Assembly: GCA_963734495.1 (NCBI GenBank)
Contig: CAVTHK010000005.1
Location: 165,913 to 229,912 of the forward strand
Direction of reading: 5' to 3'
Length of the DNA stretch: 64,000 nt
Source: an uncultured Spirochaetota bacterium
Lineage (GTDB): Bacteria; Spirochaetota; Spirochaetia; SZUA-6; CAVTHK01
A program made the translations under genes and the position numbers. The notes beneath the pieces were generated by a model. The model did not search any database. It saw only the letters and a list, made by a program, of their open reading frames with translations, and was not told the origin of the DNA. Numbering within the stretch: position 1 is the stretch's first letter; each line of letters begins with the position of its first letter. Below are positions 50,558 to 59,917 of the stretch, in pieces.

Positions 50558-51241
50558 TCAACCTTTAGCGGCGACCGCCGCTCGTTCCCGTGCCCGCTGC
50601 ATTTCGCCGATCGCTTCCCTGATGAGCGCCTTCATCCGCTCGTTGTGCGTCCGGAACCCCTCGATCGCGCCCTGCGCGTCGCGCCGCGTGAGCGCGTGGA
50701 CGATGGCCACGTGGTCCTGGTACAGGTCCTCCAGGACCGAGGTCATATGGTTCACCATGGGTCGCATCTTCTTCTTGATGTCCGAGAGGATCTCGACGAG
50801 AAAGTCGTTGCCAGACGCCCCGTACACCGACGCGTGGAAGTCGTAATCGAGCTTGGAGTACGCGACGAGGTCCCTGGCCTCGACCACGGCCCGCTGGCTC
50901 GCGAGGTTCTCCTCCATGGCTGCCAGGGTGCCGTCGTCGATCCGTCCGGCGGCGAGCTCCGCCGCCATGCACTCGAGCACTTCGCGTACCGAGTAGACGT
51001 CCAGGGCCTGCTCGGGGGAAAGCTCCGCCATGTAGACGCCCTTGTTGGGCACCGACCGCAGCAACCCTTCCTGCTCGAGCCTGCCGATGGCCTGCCAGAT
51101 TGGGGTCCTGCTGACCCCGAGCTCGGCGGTGAGCTGCTCCACGTTGAGCCTCGCGCCCGGGAGGAAGCGGCTGTTCTCGATCATCTCGTGGAGCCGGTCG
51201 TAGACCTGATCGCGGAGACCCTGCCGCGCTATGACAGCCAT
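50558..51241 (-). CDS. GntR-family (FCD) transcriptional regulator
   Basis: ELGVSRTPI, VPNKGVY, VREVLE, DYDFH, DHVAIV. Confidence 0.92.
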   Translation of the reverse strand: MAVIARQGLRDQVYDRLHEMIENSRFLPGARLNVEQLTAELGVSRTPIWQAIGRLEQEGLLRSVPNKGVYMAELSPEQALDVYSVREVLECMAAELAAGRIDDGTLAAMEENLASQRAVVEARDLVAYSKLDYDFHASVYGASGNDFLVEILSDIKKKMRPMVNHMTSVLEDLYQDHVAIVHALTRRDAQGAIEGFRTHNERMKALIREAIGEMQRARERAAVAAKG

Positions 51242-51246
51242 GCCGT

Positions 51247-51306
51247 ACTGTCCACCCAAAGAAGGCAGTTGTCAAGTACATTTTTCATATTTCATTTTTG
51301 ATGAAA
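51247..51306 (-). promoter_or_regulatory. Promoter and AT-rich operator of the gntR-GH127 operon
   Basis: Minus-strand TTGACA (51275-51270), 17-nt spacer, GACAGT. TTTCAT direct repeat (51283, 51290) and TTTCAT-N5-ATGAAA inverted repeat (51290-51306). Confidence 0.55.
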
Positions 51307-51368
51307 CATGCAGGTGCGGGCATGACCCAACCTGGGTTTCTGCAATCGAGGCGCTCACTTCATCCTTG

Positions 51369-52868
51369 CTAGCGGCGCAAGAAGCCGTGGAGCAGCGGCC
51401 AGAGCTCGCGGTACCTCGCGCGCCGCTCGTCGTATGCGGCGCTCGCCTGCGGGCGAGGCTCGAAGCGGTCGCCGCGGCGCACCATGGCAGCGACCCCATC
51501 GGCGAAGCTCGCGAACGCCCCGCAGCCGACGCCCGCGACGATGGCGGCGCCGAGGCAGCCGGCCTCGGCGACCGGCGGCCGCTCCACGGGCGCGCCGAGT
51601 GAATCGGCCGCAGCCTGGACCCAGGCGCGCGACCTCGCGCCGCCGCCCACCGCGCGGTACTCGGCGATCGGCACGCCGGCCGCGGAGAGGCCGTCGACCA
51701 GCTCCCGCACGTAGAAGAGCACGCTCTGCAGGATCCCCTTGAGGATCTCGCCTCGCGTCGTCTCGAGCCTGAGCCCCGTGATGACCCCGGAGGAATCGGG
51801 GACGAACTCGGGCGGTCCCGTCTGCGAGAAGTGCGGGAGGACCAGCACGTCGCTCGGCCCTTCGGGCACCTCGGCGAACAGGCGGTCGTAGACGTCCTCG
51901 CCGCGGGCGGCGGCCTCGGCCTTCTCGCGCGAAGCGAAGGTGTCGCGGAACCACTTTACGATCGAGCCGCCGTGGTTGTAGAGGAAGCTCACGTAGCGGC
52001 CCGGCGCGGCGTGGTGCTCCGTGTTCAGGCCGAGGGGGATCATGGAGGCGGCGGGCGGCCGCGCGGAAAACGCGGGCGCGACGCAGAGATACGTGCCCAT
52101 GCTGCAGAGGGCGACGCCCTCGCCGACGACTCCCGTGCCCACCGCGTTCGCGCACTGGTCATGGGCGCCCGCGACCACGGCCGCGCCCTGGGGCAGCCCC
52201 AGCTCCGCGGCCGCCCGGCGCCCGACCGCGCCGACGGGCCGGGCCGACGGGACCGGGGGAGGCAGCTTCGCGAGGTCGACGCCCGCGCGCCGGGCCAGCT
52301 CCCCGGACCAGCTCCTCGCGTCGAGGTCGAAGAGCAGCGTGCGGTTCGCCAACGAATAGTCCACGTGCGGCGCGGCGCCGAGCATGCGCGACACGAACCC
52401 GCTCCAGTGGAGGAAGACCGCGGTCCGGTCCCAGAGGCCCGGCTCGCGGTCGCGGAGCCACATCAGCTTGGTGAGCGTGTAGGCGTTGCCCCAGATGTTG
52501 CCGTTGACGCGGTAGAGCTCCTCGACCGGCGTGAGCCGTTGGAGCTCGGGCAGGTACTCGGCGCCGCGCTCGTCGAAGAGGAGGATCGACGGCCCGAGAA
52601 TGGCGCCGCTCGCGTCCAGCGGCACGACGGATTCTCCCAGCGACGAGACGGCCACCGCGCGCACCGGGTCCTTCCGCGTGGCGGAAGAGACGCGGGCGAT
52701 GGTGGCCTTCACCTTTTCCCATACCGCGCCCGGGTCCAGCTCGGCCCTTCCGGGGGCGGGCCGGGCAAAGTCGTACTCCTCGTAGGCCGCGGAGATCTGG
52801 CCGCCGGACTCCGAGAAGGCCGCGGCCTTGCAGCCCGTGGTGCCGACGTCGACCCCCAGCAGGCTCAC
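51369..52868 (-). CDS. FGGY-family carbohydrate kinase (xylulokinase-like)
   Basis: GVDVGTTGCK, GAHDQ, GGGARS, EAGCLGAA. Confidence 0.9.
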   Translation of the reverse strand: MSLLGVDVGTTGCKAAAFSESGGQISAAYEEYDFARPAPGRAELDPGAVWEKVKATIARVSSATRKDPVRAVAVSSLGESVVPLDASGAILGPSILLFDERGAEYLPELQRLTPVEELYRVNGNIWGNAYTLTKLMWLRDREPGLWDRTAVFLHWSGFVSRMLGAAPHVDYSLANRTLLFDLDARSWSGELARRAGVDLAKLPPPVPSARPVGAVGRRAAAELGLPQGAAVVAGAHDQCANAVGTGVVGEGVALCSMGTYLCVAPAFSARPPAASMIPLGLNTEHHAAPGRYVSFLYNHGGSIVKWFRDTFASREKAEAAARGEDVYDRLFAEVPEGPSDVLVLPHFSQTGPPEFVPDSSGVITGLRLETTRGEILKGILQSVLFYVRELVDGLSAAGVPIAEYRAVGGGARSRAWVQAAADSLGAPVERPPVAEAGCLGAAIVAGVGCGAFASFADGVAAMVRRGDRFEPRPQASAAYDERRARYRELWPLLHGFLRR

Positions 52869-53776
52869 GCCAGGATCTCCCGCCCGATGCCCGCGATGCC
52901 GAAGTACTCGCGCAGGAGCCACGCGGTGCGCTCGTAGGTCGAGCGGACGGCCGCTTCGACGCCGCCCGCGGCGAGCCCCTGCTCGTAGGCCTGGCGGATC
53001 TCCGTGCCGACGTTGACCTTGGCGATGCCGCGCTTGCTCGCGGCGCGGATGTCCGCCTGCCGGATGCCCGAGCCGCCGTGGAGGACCAGCGGGATCCCGG
53101 TGGCCTCCGCGAGAGCCCCGAGGTGCTCGAGGTGCAGGCGCGCCTCGACCTTTTTCTGATCGCGCAGCGCGCCGGAGACGGCGCCGTGCACGTTGCCTAT
53201 CGCCACCGAGAGCCAGTCGCAGCGGCTCTCACGCACGAAGCGCGCCGCCTCGTCCACGCGCGTGAAGCCGCGGCCCGTGCGGAACAGCTCCTCGTACGGC
53301 GGGAGCGGGCCCGCCTCGTGGCCGAGCACCGCGCCGAGCTCCGACTCGCACGCCACGCCCGCCGCGTGCGCCATCGACGCGGCCTCGCGCGCGGCGGCGA
53401 TGTTCTCCTCGAGCGGCAGGCGGGAGCCGTCGAGCATCACCGACCCGAAGCCGAGCGAGAGCGCGGCCGCGATGTCGCTCTTCCAGTCCACGCGCTTGCC
53501 GTCCTCGTCGATGACGGGCACGTGATCGAGGTGGAGCCGCACGCACGGCTCGGCGAAGCGGTCGAACTCCGCCTTGATCGCGGCGGGGCCCCGGGCCTGG
53601 AACTTGAACCACTCGAGGCGGGCCGTCTCGATGAGCGCGAAGCTCTCCTGGTCCGCCACCGCCCGGATCACGGGCTCCATCATGGGGAGATACGGGATGT
53701 TGAAGGCCGGCAGCGCGACGCCCATCTGCCGCGCCTTGTTCAGGATCTCGGCGTTCGTCTTCTGGCTCGTTTTCAA
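52865..53776 (-). CDS. Class II fructose/tagatose-bisphosphate aldolase
   Basis: LHLDH, SVMLDGS, ESELG, AIGNVHG, VLHGGSG, KVNVGTE. Confidence 0.9.
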   Translation of the reverse strand: MKTSQKTNAEILNKARQMGVALPAFNIPYLPMMEPVIRAVADQESFALIETARLEWFKFQARGPAAIKAEFDRFAEPCVRLHLDHVPVIDEDGKRVDWKSDIAAALSLGFGSVMLDGSRLPLEENIAAAREAASMAHAAGVACESELGAVLGHEAGPLPPYEELFRTGRGFTRVDEAARFVRESRCDWLSVAIGNVHGAVSGALRDQKKVEARLHLEHLGALAEATGIPLVLHGGSGIRQADIRAASKRGIAKVNVGTEIRQAYEQGLAAGGVEAAVRSTYERTAWLLREYFGIAGIGREILA

Positions 53777-53924
53777 GGGAAAGCTCCTCGGCGGCTATTG
53801 TTCACGATTTCGGCCGGGACGGCCAGCCCGGCCAAGGTCGGGCCCGGCACGGGGCCGGGACGCGGGGGCCAGAGGCGGGCGCGGTGGCGCCCCCTCGTGG
53901 TACACTGCCGCGCCGGAGGGACGC

Positions 53925-55298
53925 ATGGCAACGAAGATCGCGATCGCGTATATCGGCGGCGGGAGCCGGGCCTGGGCGCCGAAGCTCATGAGCGACCTTG
54001 CCCTGTGCAGCGAGCTTTCGGGGGAGCTTCGGCTGTTCGACATCGACCTCGAGGCGGCGCGCGCCAACACCGAGGTGGCGGCGCGGATCTTCGGCCACGC
54101 CGATTCCCGGACCAGGTTCGAGGTGCGCGCGGTCGCGAGCGCCGAAGAGGCGCTCCGCGGGGCCGACTTCGTGGTCCTGTCCATCGAGCCCGGGCCGATC
54201 ACCATGCGTTATGCGGACCTCGAGATCCCCGCGCGCTACGGGATCCTCCAGCCGGTGGGCGACACGACGGGACCGGGAGGGATCCTGCGGGCGCTGCGCG
54301 CCGTGCCCGTGTACCGGGAGTACGGCGCCCTGATCGCGACCTGCTGCCCCGAAGCCTGGGTCATCAACTACACCAACCCGATGACGGTCTGCACCGCGGC
54401 GCTGCACGCGGCGGCCCCCGGCATCCGCGCCTTCGGCTGCTGCCACGAGGTGCTCGGCACGCAGGCTCGTCTCGCCGGATGGGCCTCGCAGTGGTTCGGG
54501 GTTCCCGTCCCCGACCGCGAGAGCATCGAGCTGGACATCATCGGCGTGAACCACTGCACCTTCGCCACCTCCGCGCGCTGGGAAGGCCGCGACCTCCTCG
54601 CGCGGCTGCGGGAGGAGATGGAGCGCGAAGGCTTCTCCTCCGACCGCTCGGAGGCCGCCCGCGCGCGCAAGGCGGGGCAGGAATGGTTCGACAGCGACGG
54701 CCTGATCGCCTGCGATTTCCTCCGGCTCTTCGGCGTGCTGGGCGCGGCCGGCGACCGACACCTCGCGGAGTTCGTGCCGTGGTACCTCGCCGCCGGCGAG
54801 GAGGGCCTGCACCGGTTGGGTGTGGTCCTCACCCCGTACAGCTGGCGCGTGGAGCGCATGAGCCGGCGGAGCACGCGCGGCGCGGACGAGCCGCTCGCCC
54901 CTTCGGGCGAGGAGGGCGTGCGGCAGATGCTCGCCCTCCTCGGCCTCGGGAGCCTGGTCACCAACGTCAACGTCCCCAACCGGGGGCAGGCGCCCGGACT
55001 GCCCGAAGGCGCGGTCGTGGAGACCTACGCGCTGCTGCGGCGCGGCGACCTCGCGCCCATAACGAGCAGGCCGCTGCCGGAGCCGCTGCGGAGCATCGTG
55101 GCCCGGATCGCCGAGGTGCAGAGCCTCACGCTGCGGGCCGCGCTCGAAGGCGACGCGGAGATGGCGTTCCAGGCCCTTCTGGCCGACCCGCTGGTCCGCA
55201 TTCCGACCGACCGGGCTCGGCAGATGTTCCGCGAGATGCTGGACCACGCGCGGCCCTCGCTGCCGTCGCTGCGCTGGCACAAGTCCTTGCGTCGTTGA
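53925..55298 (+). CDS. GH4 glycosidase with CHEV motif (alpha-galacturonidase LplD-like)
   Basis: IGGGS, QPVGDTTGPGG, NYTNP, CCHEV, GVNH, AGDRHLAEF, SGEE. Confidence 0.85.
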   Translation: MATKIAIAYIGGGSRAWAPKLMSDLALCSELSGELRLFDIDLEAARANTEVAARIFGHADSRTRFEVRAVASAEEALRGADFVVLSIEPGPITMRYADLEIPARYGILQPVGDTTGPGGILRALRAVPVYREYGALIATCCPEAWVINYTNPMTVCTAALHAAAPGIRAFGCCHEVLGTQARLAGWASQWFGVPVPDRESIELDIIGVNHCTFATSARWEGRDLLARLREEMEREGFSSDRSEAARARKAGQEWFDSDGLIACDFLRLFGVLGAAGDRHLAEFVPWYLAAGEEGLHRLGVVLTPYSWRVERMSRRSTRGADEPLAPSGEEGVRQMLALLGLGSLVTNVNVPNRGQAPGLPEGAVVETYALLRRGDLAPITSRPLPEPLRSIVARIAEVQSLTLRAALEGDAEMAFQALLADPLVRIPTDRARQMFREMLDHARPSLPSLRWHKSLRR

Positions 55299-55310
55299 CG
55301 GACCGCGCTG

Positions 55311-55368
55311 CCGCGAGCCGACACCGCGAGCCGACCTCGTTGACAGCGGTGTGTCTTCCCGCGATAGT
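55311..55368 (+). promoter_or_regulatory. Tandem repeat and promoter of the amidohydrolase gene
   Basis: CCGCGAGCCGAC twice (55311, 55324), then TTGACA (55340-55345), 17-nt spacer, GATAGT. Confidence 0.5.
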
Positions 55369-55429
55369 GGTGGCGCCCTGCGTGCGCGGGGTGAAGGCCT
55401 CACAGGCTGACCATAACAAGGAGGAATTC

Positions 55430-57136
55430 ATGCATCTCAGGCCTCTCAGGGGGATCGTCGCGTCCGCGTTGATCCTGCTGTCGGTGCTGGCGCTCTCCGT
55501 GCCGGCATTCTCGGCAGGCGCGCCGGACGCCGTCTACGTCAACGGGACCATCTATACGGTGGACGCGAAGAACCCCAAGGCGACCGCCCTGGCGGTCAAG
55601 GGCGACAAGTTCGTGCGCGTCGGCACCGACTCGGACATCCGGGCCCTTGCCGGCGGACGCACCGAGGTCATCGACCTGCAGGGCAAGACGGTGGTGCCCG
55701 GCCTGATCGACGCCCACCTTCACTTCAGCGGGATCGGCGAAGCGAAGATGCGGCTCGACGCGTTCTGGAAGCCGAAGCAGGAGATCCTCGACTCGGTCGC
55801 GGCCGAGTACAAGAGGGCGAAGAAGGGCGAGTGGATCCAGGGACGGGGCTGGAACCAGGAAGTCTGGACCCCGGCGGTCTTCCCGACCAAGGAGGACCTG
55901 GACAAGATCGCGCCCGACAGCCCGGTCTACCTGGGCCGGACCGACGGCCACGCCGCGTGGGTCAACAGCAAGGCCCTCCAGATCGCGGGGATCACGAAGA
56001 GCACGCCCAATCCGCAGGGAGGCGAGATCATCCACGACTCCCAGGGCGAGCCCACCGGCGTCCTGGTCGACACGGCCAGGGGCCTGGTGACGAAGCACAT
56101 CCCGGGCCTGAGCCAGGAGCGGACGCTCGAGGCCCTGCTCCGCGCCCAGGAAGAGCTGGTCTCAAACGGCCTCACCGGGGCTCACGACGCCGGAGCCGAC
56201 CTCGCGATGATCGACATGATCAAGGGGCTTTACGAGTCGGGAAAGCTGTACGTCCGGCTCTACGAGCGGCTGCGCATACCCGACGGCAGCACGGAGCTGC
56301 ACAATGAGTTCTACGCGGCGGGCAAGCAGATCGGTCTCTACGACAACCGCCTGACGATCCGGGGCATCAAGATCTCCGTGGACGGCGCCCTCGGGTCGCG
56401 CGGCGCCCTCATGCTGGCGCCGTACAACGACCGCACCGACGGCCACGTCGGCGTCGTGCGCGTGCCGGCGGACCGGCTCTACGCGCAGGTCAAGAGGGCC
56501 CGCGAGGCGGGCTTCCAGGTCTCGACCCACGCCATCGGCGACGGCGGCAACCGCATGGTCCTCGACGCGTACGAGAAGGTCCTCAAGGAAATGCCCGACC
56601 CGGACCATCGCTGGCGGATCGAGCACGCCCAGGTGGTCGCCCTCGACGACATCCCGCGCTTCGCGAAGCTCGGCGTCATCCCCTCGATGCAGACCGTCCA
56701 CGCCACGTCGGACAAGAACATGGCCGAGAACAGGGTGGGGCCGGAGCGCATCAAGGGCGCCTACGCGTGGCGGAAGTTCCTCAACACCGGCGTGGTGATC
56801 CCCAACGGAACCGACGCGCCCGTCGAGCTCGTCAACCCGTTCCACGGGCTCTTCGCCGCGGTGAGCCGGCAGAGCAGGGACGGCAAGCCGGACGGCGGGT
56901 GGTACCCCGCCGAAAAGATGACCCGCGAAGAGGCCCTCACGTCCTATACGCTGTGGCCCGCCTACGCGGCGTTCGAGGAGAAGATCAAGGGCTCCATAGA
57001 AGCCGGCAAGCTGGCGGACTTTGTCGTCATCGACCGGGACTACATGAGCTGCGGCGAGAGCGAGATCAAGGACATCCGTGTGCTGCAGACCGTGATCGGG
57101 GGAAAGAGCGTCTATCCCGTGAAGCGGTCGAACTAG
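55430..57136 (+). CDS. Exported amidohydrolase-3 family (YtcJ-like) metallohydrolase
   Basis: RBS AAGGAGG, signal peptide, PGLIDAHLH, DGALGSRGA, HAIGD, RIEHAQ, GTDAPVE, GKLADFVV. Confidence 0.92.
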   Translation: MHLRPLRGIVASALILLSVLALSVPAFSAGAPDAVYVNGTIYTVDAKNPKATALAVKGDKFVRVGTDSDIRALAGGRTEVIDLQGKTVVPGLIDAHLHFSGIGEAKMRLDAFWKPKQEILDSVAAEYKRAKKGEWIQGRGWNQEVWTPAVFPTKEDLDKIAPDSPVYLGRTDGHAAWVNSKALQIAGITKSTPNPQGGEIIHDSQGEPTGVLVDTARGLVTKHIPGLSQERTLEALLRAQEELVSNGLTGAHDAGADLAMIDMIKGLYESGKLYVRLYERLRIPDGSTELHNEFYAAGKQIGLYDNRLTIRGIKISVDGALGSRGALMLAPYNDRTDGHVGVVRVPADRLYAQVKRAREAGFQVSTHAIGDGGNRMVLDAYEKVLKEMPDPDHRWRIEHAQVVALDDIPRFAKLGVIPSMQTVHATSDKNMAENRVGPERIKGAYAWRKFLNTGVVIPNGTDAPVELVNPFHGLFAAVSRQSRDGKPDGGWYPAEKMTREEALTSYTLWPAYAAFEEKIKGSIEAGKLADFVVIDRDYMSCGESEIKDIRVLQTVIGGKSVYPVKRSN

Positions 57137-57161
57137 CGATTAGCGGCGCCCGCGGGGGACT

Positions 57162-57752
57162 TTATCCCGCGGGCGTCGCGACCCCGCCCACAAGAAAGCC
57201 GCCGCCCCAGGTGCTCACGATCCGCGGCGCGAACCCCGCCCCGCGGATCGCCGCGAGCGTCTCGCGGTTGAGGTGGCACTGTCCGTTGAACGCGACCCAG
57301 GCCGGGTCGGCCGCGTCCACCGCCCTCGCCAGGCCCCGGCTCCGCGGGCGCACGTGCTCGATAAAGATCAGGGCGCCGTCCGACTTGAGCACGCGGCGCG
57401 CTTCCGCGAGGCCCCTGGCGGGGTCCGCGACCGAGCAGAACACCAGCGTAAAGACGACCGTGTCGAACAGCCCGTCGGGAAACGGCAGGGCCAGCGCGTC
57501 CGCCTCGTGGAGAAACACGGGCACGGGCGCGCGCGCCGCGGCCGAGCGCAGGGCGTTCGTCAGGCCGATGTCGAGCAGGTGGAGATCGTACACCCGGTCC
57601 CAGCGGTAGAACGGGAGGTTCGCCCCGGTCCCCGCCCCGATCTCCAGCACCCTGCCGCGGGCCGCCGGTATCAGCTCCCGCCGCTTCCGCCTCAGCGAGA
57701 GGACCTCGAGCGGGTACATCAGCGCGTCGAACAGCATCTCGCCCGCGGACAT
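57162..57752 (-). CDS. Class I SAM-dependent methyltransferase
   Basis: VLEIGAGTG, LPFPDGLFDTVV, CSV, EARRVLK, CHLNR. Confidence 0.88.
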   Translation of the reverse strand: MSAGEMLFDALMYPLEVLSLRRKRRELIPAARGRVLEIGAGTGANLPFYRWDRVYDLHLLDIGLTNALRSAAARAPVPVFLHEADALALPFPDGLFDTVVFTLVFCSVADPARGLAEARRVLKSDGALIFIEHVRPRSRGLARAVDAADPAWVAFNGQCHLNRETLAAIRGAGFAPRIVSTWGGGFLVGGVATPAG

Positions 57753-57784
57753 GACTCCCCCGGCACAATATACGCCCGCGCCCC

Positions 57785-58147
57785 TCACTGCGACTTCGAC
57801 ATCGCGGAGTCGAGCGACTGCGCGAACGCCTCGCTCGTGATCGTGGCCCCGGAGACCCCGTCGATGTTCGCGCCCTGGGCGCCGACCGCCTGCCGGATCA
57901 GGTAGGGCAGCGCGAAATCGTTGATGCGGCGCGACGTCCCGCTGTGGTCCGGATACTCCCTGACCCTGACGTCCGTCAGCCTGCCGTTGGAAACGACCGC
58001 GTCGACCCTCACGAAGCCGAAGAACGTGTAGACGCGGCTGCCCGGCAGCGTGCCGCTCGCGACCGTCGGCGCCGCGGCGAGCACCGTCCCGGCGGACGCC
58101 ACGAGGACGAGCGCCCCGACCATCAACAGCCTCGGAATGCGTTTCAT
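57785..58147 (-). CDS. Exported FMN-binding (flavinylated) domain protein
   Basis: Signal peptide and flavinylation motif IDGVSGATITS. Confidence 0.85.
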   Translation of the reverse strand: MKRIPRLLMVGALVLVASAGTVLAAAPTVASGTLPGSRVYTFFGFVRVDAVVSNGRLTDVRVREYPDHSGTSRRINDFALPYLIRQAVGAQGANIDGVSGATITSEAFAQSLDSAMSKSQ

Positions 58148-58213
58148 ATTTGCCTCCCGCGTAGTGGGGACGGCGCGGGCCGCCTCCCACCGGGGAGAAG
58201 GTCGCTCTCTCAG

Positions 58214-58230
58214 ATGAAGAAAAAATGAAG
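58214..58230 (-). promoter_or_regulatory. OmpR/PhoB-type direct-repeat box
   Basis: Minus-strand CTTCAT-N5-CTTCAT (11-bp period) upstream of the FMN-binding gene. Confidence 0.6.
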
Positions 58231-58260
58231 GCGGGCGCCCGGGGGCGCGCTCATGCCGCC

Positions 58261-59243
58261 TCAAGCCGCCGGGAAACGCATCGTCACGGTCGTGCCCGCG
58301 CCCGGCTCGCTCGCAACCTGGATCGCCCCCTGGTGGTCTTCGACGATCCGCGCCGCGATGGTGAGCCCCAGACCGCAGCCGGCCTCGTTGGCCGTGCGCG
58401 CGCGGTCGGCGCGGAAGAAGGGCTCCGTGACGTGCGGGATGTCCGCCGCGGCGATGCCGATGCCGGTGTCGGTCGTCTTGAGCTCGAGCCGCGAGCCCGC
58501 CCTGCTGAGCTCCACCCTGACCGATCCGCCCGGAGGCGTGTAGACGATGGCGTTCTCGACGACGTTCACCAGCGCCCGCTCGAGCGCCGCGGGGTCGCCG
58601 CGCACCGCGCCTTCGCCGCCGCCGGCAAAGGCCACTCGCACCCCGCGCCGCTCCGCGATCCCGGCGAGCTTCTCGACGACGCCGGCGGCGAGCCCGGCGA
58701 GCGGCACGCGCTGCCGCGGCCCGCTCGCGGCCGCCGTGCCGCGGATCAGGGCCAGCATCTGGTCGACCATCGCGGACAGCCGGCCGATCTCTTCGAGGTG
58801 ACTGGAGATCACGCGGACCGCTTCGTCGCGGGAGAGGTCGGGGCGGCCGAGGGCGACCTCGGCCTCCGTCCGCATGGCGGCAAGCGGCGTACGCAGGTCG
58901 TGGGCCGCATCGGCAAAGAAGCGCTTCTCCGCGTCCATCGCGACGCGGATCGGGCGCAGGGTCCGCCCGGCGAGCAGGTAGCTCAACCCGCCCGCCACGA
59001 TCACCGTCACGGCGTCGCCGAGCGCGATCGCCCTGCGGAGGCCGTCCTCCTCCTCGAGCAGGCCGGCCTCGACGGCCGGGCGGAGCCCGCGCTCCTCGAG
59101 CGCCCCGCGCCTCCGGTGCGCGTACTCGCGCAGCTCTCCGGCATGCACCGCGTAGACGGCCCCGCTCAGGACCGCGACGATCGCGACGATGATGGCCAGG
59201 TAGAACAGGCTGAGCTTGAGGCGCGCCTTCGAAAAGGGGTCAT
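58261..59243 (-). CDS. Sensor histidine kinase (probable 1-nt indel just after the start)
   Basis: Two TM helices, DAAHDLRTPL, NVVENAI, DTGIGI, FFRAD, GLGL. The ATG at 59243 overlaps the regulator stop but is one base out of frame at a CCCCTTTT run. Confidence 0.88.
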
Positions 59244-59917
59244 CCCTTCCGGAAGCGGTACCCCACGCCCCTGACCGTCTCGATGACATCGGCATGGCCT
59301 GCCTCGATGAGCTTCTTTCTGAGATTCTTGACGTGGACGTCGACGGCGTTGCTGCCCGGGTCGGCGTCGAAGCGCCAGAGCCGGCTCACGATCTGGTCGC
59401 GCGAGAGCACCTGGCCCGGATGCCTCATCATCATCTCGAGCACGCCGAACTCCGTGCGGGTGAGAGGAACCTCGCGGCTTCCGGCGGTCACCTTGAGCGT
59501 CGCCCGGTCGAGGCTGATGTCCCCGGAGCGCAGCACGCCGGGCTTGCTCTCGCGTGGACGGCGCGCCAGGGCTCGGAGGCGCGCCTTGAGCTCCTCGAAC
59601 GCGAACGGCTTGACCAGGTAGTCGTCGGCCCCCGCGTCGAGGCCGGCCACGCGGTCCTCCACCGAGTCCCTCGCCGTGAGGGCGAGGATCGGGACGGTGA
59701 TGCCGGCCTCACGGATGTTGCGGCAGACCGTGAAGCCGTCGCGGCCGGGCAGCATGATGTCGAGGACGATCAGGTCGTAGGCGCGGGCAAAGCGCTTGAC
59801 CAGCGCCTCGGCCTCGCGGCCGTCGGCCGCGCAGTCGACGGCGTATCCTTCCTGCTCGAGCCCCTTCTTCAGGGCCGAGGAGAGCTTGGCGTTGTCCTCC
59901 GCCACCAGCATCCGCAC
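59240..59917 (-). CDS. OmpR-family response regulator
   Basis: VAEDN, LDIMLP, LTARD, GADDYLVKPF, VDVHVKNLRKK, TVRGVGY. Confidence 0.95.
   Translation of the reverse strand: MRMLVAEDNAKLSSALKKGLEQEGYAVDCAADGREAEALVKRFARAYDLIVLDIMLPGRDGFTVCRNIREAGITVPILALTARDSVEDRVAGLDAGADDYLVKPFAFEELKARLRALARRPRESKPGVLRSGDISLDRATLKVTAGSREVPLTRTEFGVLEMMMRHPGQVLSRDQIVSRLWRFDADPGSNAVDVHVKNLRKKLIEAGHADVIETVRGVGYRFRKG

Noticed and set aside
53078-57136. 1352-aa ORF as a giant amidohydrolase fusion
   Set aside because: The first 784 codons overlap the aldolase and GH4 genes in non-coding frames. The real start is at 55430 with an RBS and signal peptide.
57162-58190. Methyltransferase with a long N-terminal extension
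   Set aside because: The extension is an off-frame reading of the FMN-binding gene; the start at 57752 has its own RBS.
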